A stretch of DNA of 61,760 nt, filler included, from Choristocarpus tenellus KU-1152 (lineage: Eukaryota; Protista; Phaeophyceae): NCBI GenBank assembly GCA_964200185.2. It is 11 parts of 11 records of this genome, joined end to end, with 100 filler letters (N's around TTAATTAATTAA, not from the genome) between each part and the next. Parts side by side here need not be neighbours in the genome. Positions count along the whole stretch, not along the records: positions 19,810 to 31,509 come from CAXNAD020002180.1; positions 31,610 to 37,931 come from CAXNAD020008396.1; positions 38,032 to 40,787 come from CAXNAD020025015.1; positions 40,888 to 44,941 come from CAXNAD020016456.1; 7 more parts are not named here. One strand, written 5' to 3'. Numbering within the stretch: position 1 is the stretch's first letter; every line of letters starts with the position of its first letter. A model generated the notes under the pieces. It worked only from the letters and a program-made list of their open reading frames with translations. It did not search any database and was not told the origin of the DNA. The position numbers were made by a program, and so were the translations under genes. Of this stretch, positions 28,801 through 41,634 are shown piece after piece.

Positions 28801-31509
28801 TTGCTTGGCTTAAAATGTCCGTAGTACACACACATATTATACACACATATTCTACTTCGAACTAGAATATATATATATATATATATATATGGGGGTAACA
28901 CTGCTCTATTCATTGTTCTTCATAAAATCAACATTGGGGAATAACCAATTCGACACATGTACTCACACTGTCAAATGGATCCCTTGTCCAATGGTACAGA
29001 ACTGATGATCAGGGTGCATTATCTTACCCTCATGCGCAGTCCTATCTCTACTCTGGGGTTCTGAGTCTTCAGCAGGAGGTACGCTCCCTCTCCTCTCTTC
29101 TACCCTGTGTAAGCTTGTGTTTTGTTGTCGAACCGCCAACCTTTAATTGGAGTTCATAGTTGTTCGAACCCTGTTGACCCTGATGTCCAGAGTGGACATT
29201 CCATGAATATCGAATCCTCCAGCTCGGTCTTGCCTCTAGCACATGCCAATGTTTGCGAGTGTAGGTTTTGTCTGAGCTCTCATGTTTCGCATCAGCTTTG
29301 CATAGCTGGGAGTTCTATAAACAGATGAGTTGAGTTGGTATTGTCTGCTCTACACGGTTCAGATGATCGCTGTTCCTATCTGTTGTACTTTTGTGTTAGT
29401 GTGCTTCTCAGGGTGCCAACCATTTTCCCGCCTCAACTCACTCCATTCTTGTTAACTTGTTGCCCTCTTGACTGGATGTCGACTAATAGGTGGATACCTT
29501 TATCCTCAGCCAGGAGACCACTTCTGCGGGCGTCTTCAGTCGTCCAAGGTATCGCCTGTCAGACTTCCCTTCTGCTGCTTACGAGGAGAATGAATTCTGG
29601 GTCAACGTGGGAGATATGTTTGCGATTGTGCTAGTGCTGGGTGAGCAAAAGGGTGTTGATTGAGTGTTGACTGATATTTAAAAAAGGAATAATGAAGCTA
29701 TTGTCTTCGTGGATTACAATCGTTTGTCAGCGCTGAACTGGTGGCATTACTTGAACACGGTAGATAATTTGGTGTTACAACCAAACAATTTTCGGTCCCA
29801 TGAGTTGTTGATGTTGAGTAAGGAGAATTGAAAGCATCTGGACCTGGCCTTCCTCTCTCGTTTCATGTAACACGGTCATGATACACACTCTTAGACAAGC
29901 CTTTGTTCACAAAAATAAAGCAAGACAATATCTGCCTTAGATAAATGTGAGGAGCAAATGCTTTATGTGTCTGTGTTGACTTTCACTCCCTTACCCTCCA
30001 CTTAAAACTTAACTCCACACACCTTCACCGGTCTCCATGCCCTCAACTTGGCACCGGAATGTGTGGGCATGGGTTGGAACCTGCGCCCATTCTCAGTCCT
30101 TCTGTATCCTGTGAGCAATGTACTCAAGTCTCTTGTCACAGAGAAGGAACTCAAGATCAAAGAGGGCATGCTCATGATGGGATTGTCTCCCTTCATCTAC
30201 ACCTTCTCCTGGATAGTCACATTCACAACCACTTTCTTTTTTCTCGCCATTGTCATGACCATTATCGGGAGTGGCTCCATCTTTGAGAACTCTGACGCAG
30301 GGATCGTGTTCCTCTACTTTTTCCTTGTGAGTAACTCCCACAACAATTTGCAATTAGCATTACTTAGGAAAGGCTTACATCCATGCACATAGAATTCCTT
30401 TCTGGGTAGAATATGATTGGAGTGAGGATGAGGTCTACTCCCTTCCTTTTGTTCCACACACACTGCATCGAAGAAAAACCTCTACCACTCTGTGACCGTG
30501 GAATGGTTTGTGGAAGTGTTCTCCTATCCAAATAAGTTGTGGCCGGATGTTATCACTTGGTGAGAATGTAACTAGTCAAGCATTCAGGGGAAAGAAGATT
30601 TCTTTTTTCCCAGGCTTCAGGCTGATGTGGGGCTGTTGTCATCGACCTCGATATTTGTATATATTTGTTATATGCTTGCATTGTCTTTCAGGTTGTCATA
30701 CTTTCTCCTCGTTAGAGTCCATACTCACTTGACCATCGCCACCTGCCCCCTACCATGTTCAGTTCTTCATGGCACTGCTCGCAATGTGTTTCTTCATTGC
30801 CGCCTTTTTCTCTAAGGCTAGGTCTGCTTCCACATACGGCTGTCTGGTGGCCTTCCTAACTGGTGAGGATGTTTGCATTCACTCTTAGCATTAGTAACCT
30901 TCACTCAGAGGCTGTTTCTAGTTGAAGACACAGATCCAATTGTGACGCTGATGCATTCGATTTCAAACTAGTTTTGCATCACAGATCAAACGTTGTGAAG
31001 TCGAGTGCACTTTTGCCTCCATTATGTAGACCTCTGAGCACAATCTTGCACCCTTAGCAGTGCCCCCCCTTGTACCTTCCACATGCTGATGGTTGAATTT
31101 TGTCGGTACTGCTTATTGCATTTCTTGCTCTCTCCCATCATATCCTTCCAAACCAAGCCTGCCAACATGGTTTCACCTTACTGTCCAGTCCGCTCCCTAC
31201 ATCACAAAATTCGACCTTAAATGCTCCGCCCGCTTCCCACACCCTCTTGACTTGCCAAAACGTGTTTCCGTACTTTGTTGTTGCGAACAATGACATATCT
31301 GAGTCATCTACTCTAGGCGCGTGTGTTATCCCTTCCTATTTCGCTCTTGGCAAAACATCCGACCTTTTTTTTCCCTTCTGCTGTCCACACCCTTTCGACC
31401 TGCCAAAAGTGTTCCCGTACTTTGCTGTTGCGAACAACGACACATCTGAGTCGTCTGCTCTGGGCGCGTGTGTCATCCCTTCCACCTGTTTCGCGCTTGG
31501 CACACTACC
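22888..31509 (+). CDS. ABC transporter subfamily A, 5' portion (13 exons, truncated by contig end)
   Basis: Phase-consistent exons 22888-23100, 24146-24337, 25356-25469, 25941-26180, 26590-26733, 27280-27360, 27707-27782, 28351-28447, 29000-29078, 29490-29640, 30097-30326, 30763-30862 and 31410-31509. ABCA motifs: QFKALMRKNYLLKKR, YLYSGVLSLQQEVDTFI, LVTEKELKIKEGMLMMGL, FFSKARSA. Confidence 0.93.
23174..23432 (+). mobile_element. MITE family A, full length, in ABCA intron 1
   Basis: TIRs GAGTGAAAGTATCTTAGAG...CTCTAAGGCCCTTTGACTC; TSD TGT/TGT. Confidence 0.92.
24352..24533 (-). mobile_element. MITE family B, full length, in ABCA intron 2
   Basis: TIRs GACCCAAAGTATCTGGGAGGGG...CCCCTCCCAGATACTTTGAGCC; TSD AAT/AAT. 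Confidence 0.92.
24591..24759 (+). mobile_element. MITE family A, internally deleted, in ABCA intron 2
   Basis: Both TIRs present, about 90 bp of the interior missing; TSD ATT/ATT. Confidence 0.9.
26882..27141 (-). mobile_element. MITE family A, reverse orientation, in ABCA intron 5
   Basis: TIRs GAGTGAAAGTATCCTTAGAGGGTA...TACCCTCTAAGATACTTTCACTC; flanks TTT/TTC. Confidence 0.92.
28508..28765 (+). mobile_element. MITE family A, full length, in ABCA intron 8
   Basis: TIRs GAGTGAAAGTATCTTAGAGGGTA...TACCCTCTAAGATACTTTGGCTC; flanks AGCA/AGCA. Confidence 0.92.
31237..31352 (+). pseudogene. Duplicated pseudo-exon of ABCA exon 13
   Basis: Near copy of 31385-31503. The acceptor CCAAAAG|TG is changed to CCAAAACGTG and one codon is deleted. 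Confidence 0.8.
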
Positions 31510-32325
31510 NNNNNNNNNNNNNNNNNNNNNNNNNNNNNNNNNNNNNNNNNNNNTTAATTAATTAANNNNNNNNNNNNNNNNNNNNNNNNNNNNNNNNNNN
31601 NNNNNNNNNGATAGAGGAATAGCAAATTAGGAATGAGCAAATAATAATAATAATCCAGAATTCGTGAGCAAAACAAAATCGGAATTCAAAACCAACTTGA
31701 TAGCGACCTTAGGATCCACACAATTTTTTTGTTTGCTAGATCGAATAATTCCAGATTATATTCTAATATTCTTGATTACTACATCAATCAATGATAGCTC
31801 CCCATATTGATGTAAACCTTTGTTTGAATGTACTCTTATGATACTACTATAAAGACTAACTGGTTCATATACAAGATCAATAACAGAAAGGAAAAAATAT
31901 ACAGGTCCAAGAATATTTTACAATAAGAAAAACCAAAGACGAGGAGAGATATAGAACAATTAGCAACCGCGGAAAAGCGGTAAGCGACTTAAAAATTGTT
32001 TTTTTGTCTCTATGATTCAAGAAGATCACATTTTCTCAATAGTATTCAATTGAAATAGGAATGTCACAACTAAATGAGACAAGAAATATGGGATTGCAGA
32101 AGAAGTTGCATAGTTTTTTTGTATCTTCACATCAAAATGATCGGTAACACTACACAATACTACAGTACAAAATACACAGCGATTGGATACAGTATGGTGG
32201 ATGGTGGATAGTCACAAGATTATGAAATGTCCATAACATTGGAGTGAAAAGAGCTATGCCTCAAGGGGCTGGGGCCAGGAGAGAGAACAGCACGACAGGC
32301 ACCTGTTGACCGTCCCAATTTGTAC

Positions 32326-35300
32326 ATGGCTCCTCCATCGAATAGAAGGCCCAGCAGTGGTTGGCGATGGACGCAACTGCTTACAGTATGCTTACTTGCT
32401 CTTACTATAATCTCGTTCGTCTTATTGAACGCTTTTGAATCGTGGAAATGGAATGCGTCGGTCTTCTCGATCGGAAATGGGAAGGAGAAGATAGGAGGGG
32501 GGATATCGATAGGTCCAACTGGCATCAGTGGAGGAGATAGTCTGGAGAGGGGGAGAGCGATACGAGTGATCGTGATGAAGCTGGACAGATCTGGGTCATC
32601 TTTGGTGGGGCAGAGACTCAATCTTCTGCTCGGGGATGTTTTGTGCCCTTTGGTCGGCGACAAGCCAATGCCGGAGGACTCATCGATTGCTTTGCGTGAG
32701 CCATATAGGAAGTGGGTGCTTCCAGAAGTCCTGGGACATCACTATGGGAACGAGGTGAGGCGGCCCCGAATGATCAGCCTTCATTGGAATTTAGACACTG
32801 CAGGTACGACTTTCCTGGCAAGAGGTACATTAGCCGCCCCTCTCAGGTCCTGGTATCGGCTCAGTATCTGTGCATACTTCTGTGGGAAAGGATGTCATCT
32901 CGTTGGCAAATGATAAGAGTTGGTGGATGACTTGCGGATAATCTCAATCTTGCGGTCATTTCTTGGACTGCCACCTCCTGTATGCGATGGAATGAGAGGC
33001 ATATGAGCGATTGGAACAATGCCTCGCCCCTATTCCGAGTGATAAATGTTGTGTATGATTCCCAGATGGATGCCATCGGTGCCGATTCATGTACCGCTTG
33101 GGAAGTGGTGACTGGATAGGTAGCCTGCCTTCTTGGTCGGAGTCAGTCACGCCTCCAGGGCGCGACAGTCACCCAGTCGCGCTCGTATGTTTCTAGTCGC
33201 TGGTTGCCAATCGCTCAGCCCAATCGAAAGGATTCTTAGCTGTGGCACTCTCTTTCACATTAACCAAACAGTGCAGGCTTATGGTCAAAATATCATAGTT
33301 TGGATCAAGGATAATATTTCTCCTTATGGTGCAAGTTAGTAAAATAATAAAAATGATGCTGTTATCGATCAAGTGTGCTGTGCCAATATATTATTGCCCC
33401 AAACTTTAAGTCTAGAATTCCTTAGGTTTGTGACCATGGCCTATCTTGTTCAGATGGTCCCACCATTTGTTTTTTTTCATACAAAATAGGTAGAGTATTC
33501 TCTTTCCACCGGAACTCTTAGGAGAACATGCTCTCCTCTGCAGTTCTGCAATGTGCTTCTATGGCTAACCCCGCAATTCATCCCAACAAAGATGAGACAT
33601 ATCAGGCCGAGAATGATTCTTACGCACAAATTATCCAGTGTAGTGGAATGTCTCATCACAATAGCGTAACCCTGCACCCACAATACACCTTCCAGCACTT
33701 CTTTTCCATTCCCATACCTTGTCCCCTTTAAACTCTTTTCAGCCTTGTCAGTCGGTCATCATAAGGACCGTGAGTCCAATTTCGTATATTTACCACGAGT
33801 TGAGAGGTGTTGCAAAATTGTACACACTCTCAGAACATTTGCTACGTACAAAATAACTCAAGGTCTACACTATTCTGAATAACACACACTGCTTGCTTTT
33901 ATGTTTTTCAAGATAGATGAAGAGAATTACCGCACCTTTTTTGTCCATACCTTCCTATTCCCATATGAAGAAGAGGGTACTATCCATGAGCTTCTTGGTT
34001 AACAACATTCAACTCTTGTGTTTATAGCAATTGAAATTTCACAAGCATTGTAGAAGTTGTAACTTCCGAAATATCCAAATATCAACTCTTCATTGTACTC
34101 TTCTAGGATTTTCAATCAAGTTCTACGTACATTAGAAGGGTCTACAAGACAAAGGATGAAAATATAGGGTAGAATACTCGCAACCCCTTCCAAGGTGGTG
34201 AAAACCGCTGTATTCAAGGCAACTTCTGCTGCCCTCCCCCTCTCCCAACGTTATTTTTCCTACACATTGTATGCAGACAACAGCTGAAGATCACATGAAT
34301 ATTTACAGAGAAGCGTTAGGATATCTACCAGATTGTACTGGAACACGTGAGACGTTACCTTCTGTGTGTGTTTGTGCATCTGCTAGATTGTGATACAGAA
34401 AATCCCACAGTCATTAAAAGATTGTATGTGCTGGCAGTAGGCAGATCGATATTCTTATTGGTAGTAGTGAGTGATAAGGTTTTTATGTGTTTGGGGTTGC
34501 AGGGTACAAGAATAAAATAGGATCTAACAATTAAAACACCTCATTGGTTCAATGTGGCACACAGAGAATGTAGTTGCCTATAAAATATCATGCTTATTTC
34601 CACACCTCCCTCACCCTTCAATTCTCAAGACCCAAAGTATCTGGAGGTGGGGGGGGGGAACCACACCAGGGTGTCCATTTGGGCCAAAACCAGGAAACGT
34701 GCACTGACATTATCCATCTGACGTATGCAACCAAATCACCCAAATGTCGCGACATAAAAAATTGACCCCAAATGGACAGCCGCCACTCCCCTCCAGATAC
34801 TTTGAGCCTGACTCAAACACACTTTTTCCCATTTTTTTCTTTGAATTTCACAGTTGGGTTCAAATATGGCAATAGACAATAGATATCATGGGAGCCAGTG
34901 CAACATTGATTAAGAACTTCCTCCCCCCTTCTCTTTATAATGAGTAGCCCTTCCCTCTTTGTGGAAAGCCCCAGACCATATTAGGTTGGAATGTAGTCCT
35001 ACAATAGCCATCGGTTGTTCTCTTTACTAGAGTGTTCACCTCGAACAAACACGGTTAATTTGCTGCATGAGAGGGGAAGAAGTCTTGGATCCACAGGGGA
35101 TACAATTTTGGCATTTTGAGTGAATGGTATAGAAGGCTCTGATGAAGATGTTTTTCAGTGACCATTGTCATGTAGTTGTGTATTTTTAGTAACACAGCTC
35201 TGTTCACCTGAACAGCTGTATGGCCGTCTACCTCAATACTTTGTTGCTACATTATGTGGATGTCTGAGACCAAGGCTTCATCCTGCTGTGGCCTTCAAGA

Positions 35301-37629
35301 CGATCTGGGAACTTGAAATATATGTGCCGGTATATATATATTATATTTTTTTCCAAGACAATATTAACAAGCCTTCACCCTTTTTGAACTGCCTTTGCCC
35401 TGCGTCAGCATGGAGAAATATTACATCCCACAGTATCAACACATGCACCCCGTGCCTTGAATTTAGAAAAAAAAACAACTCTCACTGTCTTTCTTGCAGA
35501 GATCGAGGCGTCATGGCAGGGGGGAACGCTGGGCTGTAGCAATGCACAGCGAGCGTGTGCTGGCGGAACTCGTTTCTATGGTGTTACCATCCAGCCTTGG
35601 AAGGACAAGATTGAAAATAGAAAAATGGAGGTAGAACGTATGCTGTTGCATTTGATCAAGAGCACACCTGACGGTGAAAAGCCGCTGTTGTGGGTTCACA
35701 ACCGGTATAATGTGGTGAAGCAGGCACTCTCAGGGTTGAAGGTTAAGCATGTTAGAGAGAAAAATGTGAGCCTAGTTTTTTCCTGTAGTCTACCTCCTCT
35801 AGAGGTGTGGCGTGTGGGATGGCAGATATGCGTGTGGTTCAGTGTTTCTGTGAGAGAGCAGGGTGTGTTCTTGGAGAGTGTATTTGTTCTCTCGGTGGGA
35901 TGGAGAGGAATACAATATTTGGTGAAAATTTGAACAGTGATGTCATGCCGAGATTTGATACGTTGGGGTCTCAGGTTCAAAAAATAGTATGTCATCAAGC
36001 TAGTGTGATTTATTTTCCCCAATCAGTATATCAAGAAATAGTATCACAAAGTTTTTTTTTGTCTTTCTGTGTTTTTATGTTAGTTTTTGTTCACTAGTTG
36101 TACTTCATGTAACGCATGTTCTATTCTGTTTTGTGTTGGTGTTATTCTTGGCACCCTGTCCTCGTGTTTCTCAAAGTCCATGAGTTTGTAGGATAGGAAC
36201 CTCGTTGCAGCACCGCCTAATGTGCCTGTGTTTTGTGTTTGACTGTATAATCTAGTAGTGTCTTACACCATCATACCAACCTGCTGACCTGCCAAAATGT
36301 CATCCGTCACAATACCCGATTTGTCTCAAAAATCTTTGGGCTGGCCATAAATTGGCTATTTGCTTCTCTGATGTGACCTAAGTGTTTTATTTCTTGCAAG
36401 TCGATGTGTTCTTTCTTTGTCAAACACATTCTAGCTATAATCTGTGCTTCGCCCTTGCCATTTCTTGGTCATTCTGGCGTGGCTATTATCACTTCTCGGA
36501 CGTCCTATCATGTTGTGCCAAGAGTAGAATTAGTATTGAATAGAAGGGGTAGAATGCTCCGAAGAGCGTCATGTATACATTGAATGGAGTCATAGTCGTG
36601 ACCATACTTGAGACTGTTGGATAATTCCTTTTTCTCATTGCTTGGGTTGCACTATCATCTGATCTTCAAGGTGACGAACGCTGTCCTACCAATCTATTAC
36701 CAGAGCAGAATGTCTTGCACATGTACAAGCATGCGCCTGACTTTCCTCACATCAAGACCGTGCCCTCTCCCATCCCCTCTTGCTGCCAATCTAATAGACA
36801 AGAATGTCTCCCCTCCTTTCCACATTTCAAATCACACCCACCACAGATATGTCCGGGCCAAGACCCCTGGCATGTGGATGCCACCAAGTGCCCACGTGTG
36901 AAGGAGCCGTTTCTTGTGACTCCAGGAACATTAGAAAAGGGAGTGAAAAAATACTTAAGGTTGGGTACACGTGTAATGGAAATGGGTCAAAACGCCTCCA
37001 TTTCATCTCCAGGACCATTGCTGGATTGTTCCTTCCCAAACCTGAATGGGATTTGTCCTATAAAAGAGGAGAGGAAGATTTATCGAAGTGGACACCCAGA
37101 TAGGCATATATCCCCCAGTTCAAACAACTCGGCTAGCAACACCAGGGGGAGGCAAATGGTGCGAATGGTGCACACAACATACGAATACACATCTGCTAAT
37201 AGTTCCAACATTGCCAAGGCATTTGCCCAAGCATTAATAGGGGGGTCTCATGAAGGTGGAGGGGAGAGTAGCCAGAGTCCCCATATTGTTGAGGGTGTGA
37301 GAACAATGATCGATGCGGTGAATAGTGTGGAAACTAAAGGGACAGAGGCAAGAGTGGGTTTGGCAACTATTGGAGCTGAAGAACTGGAGAAACTGCTACT
37401 TCACGCTCGAACAGATGTTAACATGACCAATCCAAATGGGGGGAGGATGGGCCAGCCACTCACCAAGACGGGCAAATCCAATGCGAGAGAATTGATATCT
37501 AATTTTGACGAGCTTGTAGACTATGCCCTTGCTCAGCCTACCACGAGCTTGTGGAGATCGGAATGGGGCGGTGGGATTGCACGTATGCTGTGTGAGGGAG
37601 CCACCCCTCCGTGTCCAAGTGAAGTCTGA
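32326..37629 (+). CDS. Type II membrane sulfotransferase-like protein (Stf0-like); exons 32326-32754, ~35500-35765, 36847-37629, possibly one more internal exon
   Basis: N-terminal TM helix (LLTVCLLALTIISFVLL), 5'-PSB-like loop VIVMKLDRSGSSLV, 3'-PB-like LWVHNRYNVVKQALS and C-terminal RELISNFDEL. GT-AG sites are present; the phase between exons 1 and 2 is unresolved. Confidence 0.7.
34629..34808 (-). mobile_element. MITE family B, full length, in a sulfotransferase intron
   Basis: TIRs GACCCAAAGTATCTGGAGG...CCTCCAGATACTTTGAGCC; TSD not conserved. Confidence 0.9.
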
Positions 37630-37881
37630 GTCTACACAGACTTGGCGAAATAACATGAACGGCTAAGATTGTTACCCCATGGTGGTTTTCTTGTGAAGGA
37701 TTTAACATGACCCTGGGGTGCCTAGGTGTGATGAAGGCGGATGTTGCAAGGGTAAAAAGAGACGTTCAAGACATGGAACAAAAGCTTAGCAGTCAGTAGA
37801 AGTAGTAGTGCGGTTACATTTTGTTTGAAGCATATCTCTCATTCAGTACAAGGTTCCTTACATAATCTTAGAATCCCCACC

Positions 37882-37919
<38 letters not shown>

Positions 37920-38031
37920 ACCCCATCACAANNNNNNNNNNNNNNNNNNNNNNNNNNNNNNNNNNNNNNNNNNNNTTAATTAATTAANNNNNNNNNNNNN
38001 NNNNNNNNNNNNNNNNNNNNNNNNNNNNNNN

Positions 38032-38100
38032 CAAAAATCACAACATGAAAAAATTGTTCCCAAATGGACAGTTGCCACCCCCTCCCAGATACTTTGAGCT
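38032..38100 (-). mobile_element. MITE family B end at contig start
   Basis: CCCAAATGGACAGTTGCCACCCCCTCCCAGATACTTTGAGC. Confidence 0.85.
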
Positions 38101-38238
38101 ATGTGACGTGTCTATTTTCATTTCGTACCACAAAAAACTGTGTTTGCTTCCATCGAAACAAAAGGTGCCCAACCTCCGGTTCCCCTCCATTCCCACTGCC
38201 ACAATTTTTTTCTACTCTGTCCTCAAACCCTAGCTCAC

Positions 38239-39033
38239 CTTGGGGCGGTGTATTTTCCGATCTAGGAGAAAGGAAACCGCGAGTACTTGCCAACCCTCCT
38301 CATTTTGGACCCACTCATGACCAGCTGAGGATGGGTCCTCCTCTGCAGCTGCTATAAGAGCTGTGTTGCCATTAGCTGCTTCATAGTTTATTGTGATCCC
38401 CTCCTGTCACCATGGAGTGCTTTGAATTATTCGTGTATATACATATGCTCTTGACGTGGGGCAATGAAGACAATTTCTTGGTGAATAATGAAGAAATTAT
38501 TGTGGGTGAGAGTGTTTGGTGTTCATACGTGAAACGTTACAAACATTCACACATTATATGTTTGTGTGCTAGTGCAACAGAGATTCTCCATGCCAATATT
38601 GAGAGGGTGGGAGACATTTTTCAGAGAGGGATATGTACACCAATTGACCAGTCTGATTTCCTCAATGAATTGACTGGGGATGTGTTCGCCCCTGCACTAT
38701 TCTCAGTAACTGTCATTCTATTTGCCTATATGCACTTTGAAGTATACAGATATGAGTTGAGGTCCGTGGACCTGATATTGTATCAAATCCATACCCTGTG
38801 CTATGAATTTCATACAAATTCACTACTGTACCCCACAATCCCGATAGGAAGGACTCTCCAACCTAATCCTAGGTCATAACAAGCCAGTACTAAGTATCCC
38901 ACATTATTTGAACCTCGGTGTATAAGGGTTGCTTGACAAAACATCCCGTTGATAGATGAAAGGGGACAGAGGAAAACGACTAATATCAGTGGTGCAAATG
39001 CTTGTGTAAACACACAAAGAACCCCAATACAAA

Positions 39034-39068
<35 letters not shown>

Positions 39069-39296
39069 CTAGGTAGAAACAGAGCAACAGGGTGTGTGTG
39101 GGATGCTCTTCTTATTCGCCTTGGAAATGAAGACAGATCTTAAAGACAAAATTGACAACAGGCTCAAGGGAGGGTGCACATGGGGAAGAGGTTATTGTTG
39201 TCTCACAATGCAGAGTTTCATGGTCTCCGGTGCAGCCTTGTAACCTGCCAGGATAGAGACTTCCATGAGTGACGTCAGTTCCTTCTCTTTCATTTT
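38239..39296 (-). CDS. Ankyrin-repeat protein, two internal exons (39296-39207, 38403-38239)
   Basis: Phase-0 GT-AG exons join to give ...ETMKLCIEGITINYEAANGNTALIAAAEEDP...AVSFLLDRKIHRPK, with an ankyrin-like INxxxxxGxTALxxAA. Not in the ORF track. Confidence 0.7.
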
Positions 39297-39378
39297 CTGT
39301 GAGTTTGGCAGAGGGTTGCGCATGAGGTGGTGATGAGAGGGTATAGCAATCACTGCAGACTGCAAAAATGTAGGATCA

Positions 39379-39633
39379 GAATCAAAGTATCTTAGAGGGT
39401 AGAGCTGTGTTCGTTTGGTAGCTGAAATCTAATGTTGAAATTTTGATGTAATTTTGGCTATTGTGTTTGTTAGGAAAGTGTCAATATTCTTGTTCCAGAC
39501 ATATCTTTTCAAAACGTATACATTTTACCTACTCCGAAACTTTTCCGAGTAGATAAAATGTCATAAATAAACCTGTGGGAAGCCAAGCCCCAAATGGACA
39601 AACAGTGCAAAACTCCTACCCTCACTTTCACTC
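39379..39633 (-). mobile_element. MITE family A, reverse orientation
   Basis: Family A body with both TIRs (one partly deleted); TSD TCA/TCA. Confidence 0.9.
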
Positions 39634-39658
39634 TCATTTGACTATGACGGAGAGCTGA

Positions 39659-39815
39659 AGGGTTAGGGCTAGGGCTAGGGCTAGGGCTAGGGCTAGGGCT
39701 AGATTAGGATTAGGCTTAAGGCTTAATGCTTGTGTTTAGGATAGGGTTAGGATTCGGGTTAGGGCGAGGCTTAGACTGAAGGGTTTGTGTTAGTTAGGGT
39801 TAGGGGTAGGGTATA
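39659..39815 (+). repeat. Degenerate telomere-like array (GGGCTA/GGGTTA)n
   Basis: GGGTTA followed by (GGGCTA)6, then decayed TTAGGG variants. Confidence 0.85.
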
Positions 39816-40711
39816 GGAGGGGTGCAAGTGAGGAGTTGTGAGATTGTGTATGCGATCACGATTTTTTTTATTTCTGCATTAACTAAAAAAAAGAAATAGA
39901 AACTCTGCTCCTGTGTTAGTGTTGATCCGCCGTGTTAGTTCCTGGGGTGGGCTGCCGGCTCAGTACCCCTAGGAAGGAAGGGTTGAGTAAGAATTTCCAA
40001 CTCAGGGGGAAGATAGGATACATTTGGGATACAAAATCTGGACACCCCTGTTGCTGAGTACAGGAAAAGTTGTCAATGATTGATTGCGACCTTCGAAATC
40101 TATGTATCAACACTGGATAACCAATTGAAAATATTCTCCGTAAAAAAAGTTGCTATTAAAAAAAAGGATTCCAAATGCATTGGACATCACACCAAAACTT
40201 AAAAAAATCAGGGGATCATGGTGACATATTTTCTCAGTAGATTTCTGTGACTAATTGTATGTTTGCCCCACCCATACCTTTATTTCATAAACCTGAGGGA
40301 TCGGAATTTCCTCTCTACCATCCAGGGCTATCTCTGTCTACAATGCTCTCCTCTCCCCTTTACTTCTTCTTGTCACTTGCTATACAATACCAACATACAC
40401 ACCCACATCATAACGGATTATGTATCAAGCCTTACAAACAGGAACCTTCAAAGGCGTGTGTGTACGTGTGTGTGTCAATGACTGACTCTCACAGAACAAC
40501 TACATAAGATTAGGGTAGATAACCAAAAAAATGGTTATGAGATTGAGTCAACCCTGATTTATTGAATGCTGCCGAATACCAATCAGTGCCGCTTCACAAC
40601 CCCCATCAAATTCACCACCATAGTATTGTTTATGTTTTAGGCAAGGCAAACTACGACATTCTCCTTCTCGATGAAATTCCTTTGAGAACTGGGGAAATTA
40701 TTGCTATCTGA

Positions 40712-40757
40712 GACTCAAGGTATCTGGGGGGGGGGGGGGGGGGGGGGGATGGGGGGG
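40712..40757. mobile_element. MITE family B TIR with poly-G near contig end
   Basis: GACTCAAGGTATCTG followed by a long G run. Confidence 0.65.
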
Positions 40758-41634
40758 ATAGTAAGAATAAAAATAGTGCTCATATTTNNNNNNNNNNNNN
40801 NNNNNNNNNNNNNNNNNNNNNNNNNNNNNNNTTAATTAATTAANNNNNNNNNNNNNNNNNNNNNNNNNNNNNNNNNNNNNNNNNNNNTCCGATAGAGTTG
40901 GAAGAGTCTAATCGAACAGGAGGTACTGGGCAAAACAAGCCATGCTGATGGACGACTTCCTGAGACCGAGGCTATGCAGGTGAGATTGCTTCTCCCTATA
41001 CCAAGTGTTAGACAAGTAGCAGAGCGATATTGACCTTCAGATGTATTTATATCCAAGGGGCGGCACGCTGGTCTAGTAGACAAACAAATCATCTCTTGAA
41101 TGGAAAGATCCATACGTTCTTCTTTCTTATTGAAGCTCCTTTCTGGTCTTCTGAGTTCGATGAAAGATGTTTTGGGATAGGTCGAGTCATGCCCTGATGT
41201 AGGTCACTTTAAGTTGTACTTTTGAACGTGGTTTTCACCAGAAAGTGAGATTGAGTTGATGGTGGTTACACATTATATTCAAGGCTTCAAATGATGCCTC
41301 ATACCCCCAAGACTACTCTGCGTACTAGGGATGCTAATGTTGATCCTATATTTCAGAGGTTGAGTAATCCCGAATAACAGGCTGATCTATTGAATCTATG
41401 ATCCATAGAAGAACAAAGATCCCAGCAGTGTTTGCTTCTTCTAAATCCAGTTTGCTTGATGCCTCTTAGGATAATCTAGGCTTCAATTGGCGACTACTTG
41501 ACTTTTTTGTCAATCACAGAACGTTCTGCGATTGACACAGATACCCTTTTGTGACTTTGAAGAGAGAGATACGTTCCTGCATATATATGATCTCATACCT
41601 TGTACACATTCTTTTTCACCTTGGTATCATGCAG

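Noticed and set aside
38412-38879. 155-aa plus-strand ORF
   Set aside because: It has no recognisable motif and lies antisense within an intron of the ankyrin gene.
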